A stretch of DNA of 64,000 bases from Planctomycetota bacterium. GTDB lineage: Bacteria > Planctomycetota > PLA2 > JAEUHO01. Positions 36,519 through 46,756 of the stretch are shown here, one piece after another. The stretch spans positions 1,792,001 through 1,856,000 of the forward strand of contig CBDCTJ010000007.1 in the NCBI GenBank assembly GCA_965222115.1, written 5' to 3'. A program made the position numbers and the translations under genes. The notes under the pieces are model-generated. The model did no database searches, had not been told where the DNA came from, and was given only the letters and a program-made list of their open reading frames with translations. The number at the start of each line of letters is the position of its first letter. Position 1 is the stretch's first letter.

Positions 36519-38690
36519 ATGTCCAACGCCGATGCACGACCCGAGAGCAGCCTCGATGAACAACGTCAAGTTCGTCTTAGCAAGCTTGAGCTGTTGCGCG
36601 AGGCGGGTATTCAGCCCTATGCCGATCGCTTTGCGCGCAATCACTGCATGGTGTCGGCGCGCATGCAGGCTGAGCAGCAGGAGAGTGAAGATCCCAGTGG
36701 GGACGAAGTGCGCGTCGCCGGGCGTGTGATGACCGTGCGCAAATTTGGCAAGCTCCTCTTTTGCCATATGCAGGATGCGTCGGGACGTTGTCAGATTGCA
36801 ATGGATGAACGCACGATTGGCAAAGAGAGCATGGCGCTCTTTGATCGAGTTGTAGATCTCGGCGATCATATTGGCGTAGTAGGGAAGACCGGTCGCACGA
36901 AAAAAGGGGAGCCCACCGTGTGGGCCGATTCGTGGACCTTCCTCAGCAAGACGCTGCGACCGCTGCCCGAGAAGTGGAAGGGCCTCTCCGATATTGAAGC
37001 GCGTCAACGCGAGCGCTACCTCGATCTCGTATCAAATCCCGAGACGCGCCAACGATTTCGATTTCGCACCAAGTTCATCAAGGCGCTGCGTGCCTACCTC
37101 GATGCGCATCGGTTCGAAGAAGTGGATACGCCGGTCCTGCAAACCAAGGCAAGCGGCGCGCTTGCAAAGCCGTTCATTTCCCATCACAACGCACTCGATA
37201 TGCAAGTTGTGTTGCGCATTGCACCCGAGACGTGGCTCAAGCAATGCGTGGCCGGTGGACTCGATCGTGTTTACGAGATTGCGCGTTGCTTTCGCAATGA
37301 GGGCATGGATCCAAGCCATCTCCAAGACTTCAGCATGTGTGAGTGGTACGCGGCCTATTGGAACTTTCACGACAATATGGATTTCACCGAGGGGTTGATT
37401 CTTCATCTCCTCGATGAGTTGCTTGGCACCCGCAAGATCACCGTGGGCGAGAACGAGATCGACTTTGCACCACCTTGGCCTCGCGTGTCTATGCGCGACT
37501 TGATCAAAGGCGACTCCGGCATTGACATCGCGATGTTCGAAACGGCCGAAGCACTGCGCATCGAAGTCGCGTCGCGCGGCATTCAGTTGGAACGGGACGA
37601 CCTGGAGAAGCTTGGCCGCGGCACGTTGATTGATTTGCTTTACAAGAAAGTGAGTCGTCCCAAGCTCGTTTCGCCTGTGTTTGTCATGGAGCACCCGGCC
37701 GATCTGTCGCCCCTCGCGCGCAAAAACGACGAGGATCCCACTAAGACCGACCGCTATCAGCTCGTCGTGAACACGTGGGAAGTGGTCAACGCCTATTCCG
37801 AGTTGATTGATCCGCTTGATCAGCGCCAACGTTTTGAGCAGCAGGCCGATGCACGCGCAGCGGGCGACGACGAAGCGCTGGAAGTTGATGAGGACTACTT
37901 GCTATGCATGGAGCATGGCATGCCGCCCATGTCCGGGTGGGGGATGGGCATCGAGCGCTTTGTCGCGTTGCTCACTGGGCAAGAGAACTTGCGCGAAGTT
38001 GTTCTCTTTCCGCTGATGAAGCCGATCGCCAAGACGCAAGTCGACGCGCGCGACACGAGTTCATCGAGTGGGGGAGATGGCCCGGAAACGATGTCGGCTG
38101 AGTGGCGCGAACTGCTGGGCACACCCGCCGACGATGTTGATGATGTTGGCCTCACCATGGAGCAGGCGCGCGCGCTATTTGACGAGTGGGTCGAGACACC
38201 AAGCCTCCGTCGCCAAATGGAGATGACGTCTACGTTGATGGGCGCACTTGCCGAACACCGCGGCGCGAACGTGGAAGCCTGGAAGATCATTGGTCTGCTT
38301 CACAATCTCGACTTCGATCGCGAGAAGTCACCTGAGAAACACTGCCTTGTAGCGGCCAAAGTACTCAAGGAAGCTGGGATGCACCCTTCGGCGATTCACG
38401 CCATTGCCGCTCACAACGACAAGAACTTGCATGCTGAAACCGGCATCAAGTGCATTTCAGCGCTCGACCACGCGGTTTCATGTTGCGAAGCCGTTGTCGG
38501 CCTTGCGCATGCAGCAGCGCAAGTGCTCCCCAGCAAGTCGATCAAGGACTTAAAGCTAAAGAGTCTCCGCAAACGCTTCCGCAACGCCAAGTTCGCCGCC
38601 AACGTTGAGCGCGATTTGATTGAGCGTTGTTCGGGGCTGGGGTTGGAGTTGGATGCGTTCTTCGACATCGTGCTCAAGGCGCTTGCATAG
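36519..38690 (+). CDS. lysS: Class II lysine--tRNA ligase with C-terminal HD-superfamily domain
   Basis: OB fold VAGRVM, RPLPEKW, RYLDL, GALAKPFISHHN, LRIAPE, FRNEG, GMPPMSGWGMGIER, VVLFP; about 180 extra aa (GLLHNLDF, KSLRKRF...FAANVER). Confidence 0.95.
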   Translation: MSNADARPESSLDEQRQVRLSKLELLREAGIQPYADRFARNHCMVSARMQAEQQESEDPSGDEVRVAGRVMTVRKFGKLLFCHMQDASGRCQIAMDERTIGKESMALFDRVVDLGDHIGVVGKTGRTKKGEPTVWADSWTFLSKTLRPLPEKWKGLSDIEARQRERYLDLVSNPETRQRFRFRTKFIKALRAYLDAHRFEEVDTPVLQTKASGALAKPFISHHNALDMQVVLRIAPETWLKQCVAGGLDRVYEIARCFRNEGMDPSHLQDFSMCEWYAAYWNFHDNMDFTEGLILHLLDELLGTRKITVGENEIDFAPPWPRVSMRDLIKGDSGIDIAMFETAEALRIEVASRGIQLERDDLEKLGRGTLIDLLYKKVSRPKLVSPVFVMEHPADLSPLARKNDEDPTKTDRYQLVVNTWEVVNAYSELIDPLDQRQRFEQQADARAAGDDEALEVDEDYLLCMEHGMPPMSGWGMGIERFVALLTGQENLREVVLFPLMKPIAKTQVDARDTSSSSGGDGPETMSAEWRELLGTPADDVDDVGLTMEQARALFDEWVETPSLRRQMEMTSTLMGALAEHRGANVEAWKIIGLLHNLDFDREKSPEKHCLVAAKVLKEAGMHPSAIHAIAAHNDKNLHAETGIKCISALDHAVSCCEAVVGLAHAAAQVLPSKSIKDLKLKSLRKRFRNAKFAANVERDLIERCSGLGLELDAFFDIVLKALA

Positions 38691-38873
38691 AGCGAACGTG
38701 GTGTTGGTTCGTTGTCCAGGCGACTCACACGCGTCCTCGCGCACCGGCGCTCAAACTATTATAGCATGTTGAGTGCGAGCCCTGGCGCGAGCGCATTCCG
38801 AATGAGTTGAGCCTCACTTCGTTTAGGTCTTTGTCTCTCGTTTGCAGGGTCGGATCTGACGTGGAACTTCATT

Positions 38874-41800
38874 GTGTGTAGCATGGTGAAGAGTTGGCCG
38901 CAAAGTCGCGTAGACCTTCGTGCTGGGAGCATGCGAATGAACAATCGTCTCGCGACTGCTGATCTCGGCTCCGTGATCTTTGAGAATCCTATTTTTCGAA
39001 TGTACAAACTTCGCGGCGAGCAGCAGACGCCGCTCGTTGCTTGTGTGCTTCGACCCTCGCTGTTTCGACGGGTTGAGGATGTGTGGGTGGCAATTGAGCA
39101 CATTGAGTCCATTCCACGTGTGTTTCATCCCGCCGTCTTGCAGGTGGTGCGTACCGGCCACATCGAGCTTCCGGAAGGGGATGTTCCCTACTTTTTGGCG
39201 CCGGATCTCTGTCAGTTTAAGTTGTCCTCTCGCCTGTCACGGATCGTGCAAGCACCTATGCACGCCAAGTTGGATGTTCTTATTCAGGTGACGGAGGGTT
39301 TGGCAGAACTCCATGACGCGGGCGTCCTGCATGGAAATCTCTCGCCCGACGAGATTTACGTCGATGATCAGACACGGCCCCTAATTGCTGGTTATGGCCT
39401 ATCGTTTCTACTCGAGCATCCACTTACCGCAGCGTCCGATGGCGTAACGCAAGGACTACGACCGATCCGATCGATTCGATATGCCGCGCCAGAGCAACTC
39501 TGCGTAGGGGCGCCGATAGACTCACGCGCTGACATGTTCGCGTTGGGACTGATACTGTGCGAAATTGTCTCGGGACGGCATCCGTTTGATTCAATCTCGC
39601 CTTCAATCCAGATACAAGCGAGGCTCCATGAGCCACAGGCGGGGATTCGGTTCGGCTCGTCCGAACTCGCCACTCGACTGAGTGCAATCGCCCGTGCGTT
39701 GGTCCACCCCGATCCATCTCGTCGCCCGTCAACGCTACTCAGTGTCCTCAAGCAATTGTATGAACTCAAGAAACACAATAAGGAGCTAGCGCGATCCATT
39801 CAGTCTGGCGACGAATGCGCTACCGATGAGCTACCCCTCGGACGCGAAGGAGCGTTTTCCACGATGCTTCGCGTTGCGCTCGCGCCGACGCCTGCGAACG
39901 CCCCTCTTGTAGAGGTACGCGGCGATTCGGGAATGGGCAAGACGTATCTGCTGGATGCTCTACAACGCTCGCTTCGGTCGCGTGGTCGTAAGGTTGTGTA
40001 CTGCGTGTTCGATGATCTTGGTAGACAGGACATGCTGCAGGCCCTACGTCGCGGAATGCACGGGTCGGGCATCGATGTTGAGGGCGCATCCGATTTCGTC
40101 GGCCATATGCACGCACTTCAGCGAGCGTCCGGGGTCACAATTGTCGTCGACGATGCGCAGTGGGCCCCTCCTCATTCGATTCGGACACTGCACAAGCTGC
40201 TCAGGCGACACGGGCCCCGGAATGCATGTCTCGTGGTTGCTCGACGTGGAGAGGGCGACGATGGCGCGCAGGGTGGCGATGCGATGAAAGATCTGACCTC
40301 CGCGGATGGTCCCATATCTATTCCATTGCTACCGTGGAGTTCGTCAACCTCGTTGCGTTTTCTCCAGCGCCACTGTCGTTCCAGGGAAACGGCGCGTATC
40401 TTGCTACGCGCGTTTCTTCGATCGACTCGCGGCATACCACTACTCGCCGTGCATTGGTTGCAGGATCTCATCAGCGAAGGCGTAGTTAGGTCCAACGAGG
40501 ATGGAAATTTCCGCGTGGACAGCCTGGTTGAGCTTGAGCGGCATGTAAGTTCCACGTCCGGAGATGATGATGGGTGGATCTTGCGCCGCATTGTCCCCAA
40601 GCATCGTGCAATGCTTGACGTTGCGGCGTGCGATGGAATGGACTGGGACGTGGACATTGTTGCGCAGGCGATAGGCGTACCGGTGGATGATGTTCACGAC
40701 GCATTGGCGGATCTTCGTCGCGAGGGGATCGTTACGTGTGTCGAAGATGAGGTCTATCGATTCGCACACTACAGATTGCGTGATGCCGTTGTCTCTGAGC
40801 TTCCGAGTCACGCGAAGACAAGCATCCATCTTGCTCTAGCCGGCCTATACTCGGATCGGCACAGCCGTCAAGGGGATACAGGCGCAATGGCCAAGACGCA
40901 GTCCTTGGAGCATTGTTTGACTGCGGGTTCGCGGGCAATCGATCAGAATGACGTGCTCCCAGCTGCTCACTATCTCATGGGTAGCCAGCAGGGTAGGCGC
41001 GCGCTGATGCTCCTCGACGCGTCTTTATCGATGTCTAATCTGCTTACTGGTCGTGTGCGGGTCGAGGCCATGTTGTTTCAAGCCGATGTATACCAATTCT
41101 TGGGACAACTGAATGATCTGCCGCAGCGTCAGCTACAAGCCGCCGAGGTCGCTCGCGGCATCCCGGCGCGCGATCTTGAAGCTGTGTCTATCCAGCGTGC
41201 ATTTTGCGGGCAGATGGTGAAACTGAAATACGAGGCGCTACACCCGTTTGCGAAACGCGTCATGAAGACGGCGCGTGATTCTCACGTTGATCGCATCGAA
41301 TGCGGCGCCCTCTTGGCACTTACGCGCTCGGATCAGCTCTTGGGGAATCCGAGAGGCGCTGTGAAGCGTGCGGCTCAAGTTTTGCGGCGAAGTGACCAGC
41401 GAATTGGAAACGACTTGCGATTGAGTGCTCGTGTCCAAATGATGGAATCGTTGAGCTATATGGGAGCCGCACATCAGGCTGCGTGCTTGGCCCCAGAGGC
41501 GATTGACGCTGCCTGCCAATGGCAGGAACCCACATGGGAGGTAATTCTTCGAAATCAGTTGGCAACAAACCTATCCACGCTTGGCCGAACTCGCGAGGCC
41601 ATCCACCAAATTGCACGTTCCGCGTTGGCGTGTGAGCGTTGTGGCTGGCATACCGCTCGCTCCGCGATTGCTACAGCGCGCGCGTCTGCGCTCGCCGTCA
41701 TGGGACTTCACGAACCATGTCTGAGATTGCTAAAACAGTCTCGCGCGCGCACGGAAGCTTCGGGCGACGAAATGGGTGTGCGAGACATCGATGGTTTGAT

Positions 41801-42515
41801 TGCAAGTGCGCACTTTAGAGTTGGCCGTTACGGAGACGCCCTTGAGTTAATGGGTCGTGTCATTAAGGGCGATGAGGAGCATGGACAGTCCCTTCTCGCG
41901 CTAGATTTGTGTGTCGAGTTTGGGCGTATGCTCGACGCGGTCGGCGAGACGGCAAAGGCATTGGAAAGGCTTGCACAGACCGTCAAGAAGGCGAAGCGCG
42001 CATCTCGTCATCGTGTGCGAGCGGCAGCGAATGCGGCGCGTGCAGAAATACTTTGGCGCGCAGGTGAACGCCAACCCGCGTTGGACTTCAATGCGTCGGC
42101 ATTGGCTTGCTATGAGCGCATTGGCGGAGACGTAAGTCGCCACGTTCGCGCCCTCTCTCTTCGTGCAAGCGATGCGTCGCGTCGTGGTAATCATGAGTCG
42201 GCTCACCGCGACTGGCAGTCGGCCATGGATCTCGCAGAAGTAGATGGGATTCGCCATATAGCTGTTGCCCCTCGCGTCCGCCTTGCGCTCTGTGGCGTCG
42301 GCAATCTTGAGGACGCGCTCAATTCGTATCGATGCAGCGCGGGACGAATGTCTATGCACGACCGAGTTGACCTGTTGAAGGAGGTCGTGAACTCGACACG
42401 TGACGAAGAGTTTAGAGACGAACTATCGAGTCTCCGTGCGTGCATTCAAGGTCGCCTGCCGGTCGAGTATCGCACGGTTCGGGTGCCCGTATTCGTTTCG
42501 CCTACATTTGCATAG
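38874..42515 (+). CDS. Degenerate Ser/Thr kinase + STAND-type NTPase + TPR-like protein
   Basis: LHGNLSPDEI (HRD loop lost), GYG in place of DFG, YAAPEQ, RADMFALG; Walker A GDSGMGKT; VVDDAQWA; YRFAHYRLRD; helical C-terminus; start uncertain. Confidence 0.8.
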   Translation: MCSMVKSWPQSRVDLRAGSMRMNNRLATADLGSVIFENPIFRMYKLRGEQQTPLVACVLRPSLFRRVEDVWVAIEHIESIPRVFHPAVLQVVRTGHIELPEGDVPYFLAPDLCQFKLSSRLSRIVQAPMHAKLDVLIQVTEGLAELHDAGVLHGNLSPDEIYVDDQTRPLIAGYGLSFLLEHPLTAASDGVTQGLRPIRSIRYAAPEQLCVGAPIDSRADMFALGLILCEIVSGRHPFDSISPSIQIQARLHEPQAGIRFGSSELATRLSAIARALVHPDPSRRPSTLLSVLKQLYELKKHNKELARSIQSGDECATDELPLGREGAFSTMLRVALAPTPANAPLVEVRGDSGMGKTYLLDALQRSLRSRGRKVVYCVFDDLGRQDMLQALRRGMHGSGIDVEGASDFVGHMHALQRASGVTIVVDDAQWAPPHSIRTLHKLLRRHGPRNACLVVARRGEGDDGAQGGDAMKDLTSADGPISIPLLPWSSSTSLRFLQRHCRSRETARILLRAFLRSTRGIPLLAVHWLQDLISEGVVRSNEDGNFRVDSLVELERHVSSTSGDDDGWILRRIVPKHRAMLDVAACDGMDWDVDIVAQAIGVPVDDVHDALADLRREGIVTCVEDEVYRFAHYRLRDAVVSELPSHAKTSIHLALAGLYSDRHSRQGDTGAMAKTQSLEHCLTAGSRAIDQNDVLPAAHYLMGSQQGRRALMLLDASLSMSNLLTGRVRVEAMLFQADVYQFLGQLNDLPQRQLQAAEVARGIPARDLEAVSIQRAFCGQMVKLKYEALHPFAKRVMKTARDSHVDRIECGALLALTRSDQLLGNPRGAVKRAAQVLRRSDQRIGNDLRLSARVQMMESLSYMGAAHQAACLAPEAIDAACQWQEPTWEVILRNQLATNLSTLGRTREAIHQIARSALACERCGWHTARSAIATARASALAVMGLHEPCLRLLKQSRARTEASGDEMGVRDIDGLIASAHFRVGRYGDALELMGRVIKGDEEHGQSLLALDLCVEFGRMLDAVGETAKALERLAQTVKKAKRASRHRVRAAANAARAEILWRAGERQPALDFNASALACYERIGGDVSRHVRALSLRASDASRRGNHESAHRDWQSAMDLAEVDGIRHIAVAPRVRLALCGVGNLEDALNSYRCSAGRMSMHDRVDLLKEVVNSTRDEEFRDELSSLRACIQGRLPVEYRTVRVPVFVSPTFA

Positions 42516-43746
42516 ACAGCTTATCAGTCGAAGGTGGTGTGTGCTTCAGCAGCGCTATGCGAACCTCGGGGCTTACAAAGGTGCAGCCACGTTCATGCCA
42601 TTTGACCGTGTCCGTTGTGCGCGCAATCTGAAGTAGTCGCGCTGTCACAACGCCAAGGGGCAGTCCCGCTTCCTTTGCCAACTCAAATGTGGAGAACTCA
42701 TTGCCGATTCCGGACGCGGTACAAAGAAGCTCTAGGTCTGACGCAGAGAGAGAGTCAAGTACGGCGTGGACGTGATCCGCACCTTCGCGATTCGTTGCAT
42801 TAACGCACGGTTGCATCTTGCCGTCCGCTCGGAAATGCATCGCATGCAGGGGAATCAGATTCGTAGATCCAAGTGCATTCCGCGCGTCGTCTGCCGTGGC
42901 GAACCTGCGATCGGCATCTGGCATGCAGCATCTCTCGATCCAGCGAATGAACGCGGTAGAGATTCCCGGCGGAAATTGGCGAAGCCGTGAGTTGCCGCGT
43001 CGCGTCATGCGATTGCTTGCAACTTGATTCGATGTGTCACGGGAATGTCCCGTGATCAGGTCAAATAGGGTGGCACCCAATGAAAACAAGTCCGCACGTC
43101 CGTCAACGCTTGCGTGCGAATGGAGCTGTTCCGGAGCGGCGTAAGGGAATGAGCCCCCCGCGCGGTAGGGTCTCAGTGCTCCCTTTCGAGCAGCGGTTCG
43201 CTGAGATAGCCCAAAGTCGACGAGTCGAATACGGTTGTCATGTCCCCACAAAATGTTGGATGGCTTAATGTCAAGATGAACGACCTGCATTAGGTGGAGC
43301 GCGCTTAGTCCTTTGAGTACTTCATCTGCGATCCACTTGAGCGCCGGCTCCGTCCACTCACATCCACACTTAATCATCTTTCGGAGACTCGCTCCGTGTA
43401 CATAGCGAGATATTGTGGCCAGTCCCGTTGCCCCCGACAGGCGCCCAACAAAAACTTTGTGTGGCGAAATGAGATTGATGTGAGTAATTCGATTGCCCAA
43501 TGTTGCTTCGCGCAGCGCGCGCGCCATGCCATGGCGTTGCCGTACAGCTCGCGCGGCGTGCCACTTGAGTGCCACGGCCACACTGCGTCGTGCGCTATGG
43601 TCTCGAGCAAGAAACACTGTTCCCCCGGTGCCCGCGCCCACGGTGCGAACGAGTCGATAGTGTCCGATCCACTGAGCGGGACGCAGCGCAGCCGACAGCC
43701 ACGCCTCAAGTGACTGCCGTGTAGCTTCGCTTTGGGATGTGTACAC
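42502..43746 (-). CDS. Ser/Thr protein kinase with C-terminal winged-helix-like segment
   Basis: GAGTGGTVF, VALK, REA, HLDIKPSNIL, DFGL, YAAPEQ, RADLFSLG. Confidence 0.85.
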   Translation of the reverse strand: MYTSQSEATRQSLEAWLSAALRPAQWIGHYRLVRTVGAGTGGTVFLARDHSARRSVAVALKWHAARAVRQRHGMARALREATLGNRITHINLISPHKVFVGRLSGATGLATISRYVHGASLRKMIKCGCEWTEPALKWIADEVLKGLSALHLMQVVHLDIKPSNILWGHDNRIRLVDFGLSQRTAARKGALRPYRAGGSFPYAAPEQLHSHASVDGRADLFSLGATLFDLITGHSRDTSNQVASNRMTRRGNSRLRQFPPGISTAFIRWIERCCMPDADRRFATADDARNALGSTNLIPLHAMHFRADGKMQPCVNATNREGADHVHAVLDSLSASDLELLCTASGIGNEFSTFELAKEAGLPLGVVTARLLQIARTTDTVKWHERGCTFVSPEVRIALLKHTPPSTDKLSMQM

Positions 43747-43903
43747 GCCGTAGATGCTGCCTCACATAGCTTGCTTGCCCAATGAAGTTGCTTTTTCAGC
43801 GTACCATATTTTCCGCGTCCGGTTTTGTGATCTCGCGCGATTTAGACAAACGCGAGTTACGGCGGATGGACCGCTAGGTTGGCTCGCACTGGGAGTCAAC
43901 TCT

Positions 43904-44746
43904 ATGAGAATCAAAACGACGACGCTGCTGGCGATTTGTGGCGTAGCGGTTGGGGTACTTCTCGCACCGCGTGTAATGGCCGGGAACGTCAATACCTCGA
44001 GTGCAAAGTACTTTGACGCCGAACTCCTTCCGGGGCAGTCGCTGTCCGTCACAAACTCGCGAATTATCCTCGTTGATGACATCACGTATGCGGCCGAATT
44101 TGAGCCTTGCATTTGGAGTGATGCTTGCAAAGTGTTCAGTGAGGATATGTTTCCCGATTGGGCATTTGACGTGCCGCCCGCGTCGCCGGGAATACAATTT
44201 TGGGCGCCGGCTGGCGCGGGACCCGGGTCTCCGTCTCCTCCTCCGCAGAACGGTCAAGGCCCCTTCTGGTCTGGAGGTGCGAGTGGATTTGTTACTGCGG
44301 CCACACTTCCCTCCTACATGCATGCGCGCTCCGCTCACATGCATTTGATCGTGAACGATACAGGGATCAATGGGACGAAGACCATCGATCGATACAGCGT
44401 ATCGTCTTACTTCCAGATGGGGTTCCACGGCGCGGGATCTTCCTGGGCGCAGTTCCGGAATACGTCGAGTCTTGACTCGTTGTTGGATCCACTCGATCCT
44501 GCGTATCCTGAGTTCCGCATCAGCGGTGCCGGCGCCGGTGGTTCAGCGGCAATGTCTGACATGCCAGCCTATGGTATCGCAACGCCGACATCGGCCTCGC
44601 GCCACTACCAGAGTCCCCACTTCGTGTACTACGGCTCAGTATCGTTTACCGCGACCGGGACATCCACTGCGTATGCGATCATAAAGGGGCGTACGCTTGA
44701 GGGCATCGATGTTCCTGCCCAAGAGACGGCGATCACGATTCAGTAG
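43904..44746 (+). CDS. Secreted hypothetical protein
   Basis: GGGAG RBS, ATG 43904; signal peptide ending VMA-G; Gly/Ser/aromatic-rich. Confidence 0.7.
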   Translation: MRIKTTTLLAICGVAVGVLLAPRVMAGNVNTSSAKYFDAELLPGQSLSVTNSRIILVDDITYAAEFEPCIWSDACKVFSEDMFPDWAFDVPPASPGIQFWAPAGAGPGSPSPPPQNGQGPFWSGGASGFVTAATLPSYMHARSAHMHLIVNDTGINGTKTIDRYSVSSYFQMGFHGAGSSWAQFRNTSSLDSLLDPLDPAYPEFRISGAGAGGSAAMSDMPAYGIATPTSASRHYQSPHFVYYGSVSFTATGTSTAYAIIKGRTLEGIDVPAQETAITIQ

Positions 44747-44862
44747 CTGAAATCGATGGGCCTCGAACCATAGAGTGCGGAGGGCGTCCATCGCGCCCTC
44801 CGTTTTTCAAATTGCTTCCTGCCAGTTCGAACCAAGATTCAACGGAGACGAGGAGGATGCAT

Positions 44863-45966
44863 ATGAGCGCAATGGCTCGCAATGGACTCGTGGTTGCCTT
44901 CTTTGCTGTACTGACGGTACTCGTGTACAGGAAGGCACAGACGAATGGGCACACGAGTAGTGATGCGGGAACGCTCGGAATCGTTGATGTGTTGAGCGAT
45001 TACGTCCTTAACGATTCCGTCGTGTTCGATGGTCCTGAGCCCGGCGAGATCCACTTCAACCTTCCTCCGGCGTACAAGCTCTCGGGCATCGTGTGTGCTT
45101 GGTATGCCCCGTTGGATGAGCAACACGGACGCCCCCGACTCGATCATGCGAAGGAACTCGCGCTGCTGCAACTGGATGACGGTCATTTGAGCCTGTCGTC
45201 CTGGTTGTCGGCGAACGAGAAGCTTCCCAATGGTGTACTCTTCTATTCGCTTCGCGTAGGTGCTGAACAGGATGCTACATTTGTCGTAGGGACCGCCGTG
45301 ATCGACCGTTGGCGATTGGATGCACGCGGCACTACGATCCATCCCACCATGCATGCGGCACATTCAGTTCACGTGAATACGTCGAACGGGTCGCCCCTGC
45401 CCGGGGCCCATGTGGCATTTCAACGTCGCGGCCTCCCTGTGGGTCCGGGCGCTGTCTCAACGATGACGGGGCCGCGCGGCGTCGTGAGGGTGTTCGGACT
45501 CCACCCCAAAGTGTCGTGGGACGTTGCCGTGCTCGGGAGTGGTGGGCCGATTCAATCTGCTGAATCGCGAGTGGACGATACAAGAAACGTCACGACCATA
45601 ACGCTGCCTCTCCGAGGTGCGTGGAGCTTTACGCCGATTTCGATTCGACGAGTAGGTCGTGGTCAGTCTATCTCCATCATTCAAATAGAGCAGCAGGGTG
45701 GCAAGAAGCTCCATGCCTGGCCTGTGAGTACTTTGGTGTTTCCTGGGCTACAAGAGTTCTCGACGAGCTATGTCGCCACACCCACGTCCACACCGCCGCA
45801 AGATGCTGATACTTGGACATTGCATACACACGGCCTGCAACCTACTGACGTCGTGAGAGACGACGGAGGCCGGTACGTCGTTCGCTACGATTTTGGCAGC
45901 TTCGTATCCGCGAATACGGAGTCGGCGATTGATGCACCGCGAACGACTCGAGTCTCGGGAAACTAG
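44863..45966 (+). CDS. Membrane-anchored hypothetical protein with a carboxypeptidase-regulatory-like segment
   Basis: AGGAGG RBS; N-terminal TM; NGSPLPGAHV...TGPRGVVRVFGL. Confidence 0.6.
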   Translation: MSAMARNGLVVAFFAVLTVLVYRKAQTNGHTSSDAGTLGIVDVLSDYVLNDSVVFDGPEPGEIHFNLPPAYKLSGIVCAWYAPLDEQHGRPRLDHAKELALLQLDDGHLSLSSWLSANEKLPNGVLFYSLRVGAEQDATFVVGTAVIDRWRLDARGTTIHPTMHAAHSVHVNTSNGSPLPGAHVAFQRRGLPVGPGAVSTMTGPRGVVRVFGLHPKVSWDVAVLGSGGPIQSAESRVDDTRNVTTITLPLRGAWSFTPISIRRVGRGQSISIIQIEQQGGKKLHAWPVSTLVFPGLQEFSTSYVATPTSTPPQDADTWTLHTHGLQPTDVVRDDGGRYVVRYDFGSFVSANTESAIDAPRTTRVSGN

Positions 45967-46092
45967 TCGAAGGGCGCGAGCGCCCTTTCCTCCGTTTGCT
46001 GCACGATTCGACAAACGATTCCCATGCTACAATCCAACCATGACTACGCTTGATGAACATTGCGACGGCTGATTGAGCCGTGTGGAGGAACC

Positions 46093-46662
46093 GTGGATCG
46101 CGAAGATATGTCGGAGCTTGAATCGTTAGTCGCGTCAGCTCAGGCAGGTGAGCAGGCGGCACTGGAACTTTTGATCCAGCGACATGTTCCTTCGATCGCA
46201 TCCCACGTTCGTTCTCGTTTAGGAAGAAGCCTGCGTCGCCAGTTTGATACCGACGACATCGCTCAGTCAATTGTTCGAGAAGTATGTCGTGATCTTGGCG
46301 CATTGGAGTATCGCGGTCGCCATGCGTTTCATGCGTGGCTCCGAGTCAAGGCGAAGAACAAAATTAATTCTATCTATCGCAAGCACTATCGACGGGCAGA
46401 GCTACGTCGCCAACACGTGCAGCGATACGCCTGTGGGTACGAATCACGCGCCGATCAGGCAGATGCCGCTGAACACTGTGCTTTGGCTCATTCGCTGCTC
46501 GATTCGCTACCACCCACGGGGAGACTTATTGTGTGGATGCGTATCTATGAGGACCGCCCGTTCGCTGAAATTGCGAGTGAGCTAGCACTTCCCGGGGCCG
46601 ATGCAGCTCGTAAGCGATATCGACGTGCATTGGATCGTCTAAAGGAATCGCTCCGACTCTGA
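46093..46662 (+). CDS. ECF sigma factor (planctomycete-type)
   Basis: GGAGG then GTG 46093; AQAGEQAALELL, LRRQFDTDDIAQS, FHAWL, PFAEIA, AARKRYRRAL. Confidence 0.9.
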   Translation: MDREDMSELESLVASAQAGEQAALELLIQRHVPSIASHVRSRLGRSLRRQFDTDDIAQSIVREVCRDLGALEYRGRHAFHAWLRVKAKNKINSIYRKHYRRAELRRQHVQRYACGYESRADQADAAEHCALAHSLLDSLPPTGRLIVWMRIYEDRPFAEIASELALPGADAARKRYRRALDRLKESLRL

Positions 46663-46756
46663 TTGCCGAAGCATTCTGATCGAAAGCGCGGGAAATCTCC
46701 CTCGTATTCGAGAACCAGCCGTCGCCGTGCCTGGTTAAGCAAGCATGTCGCCGCCT

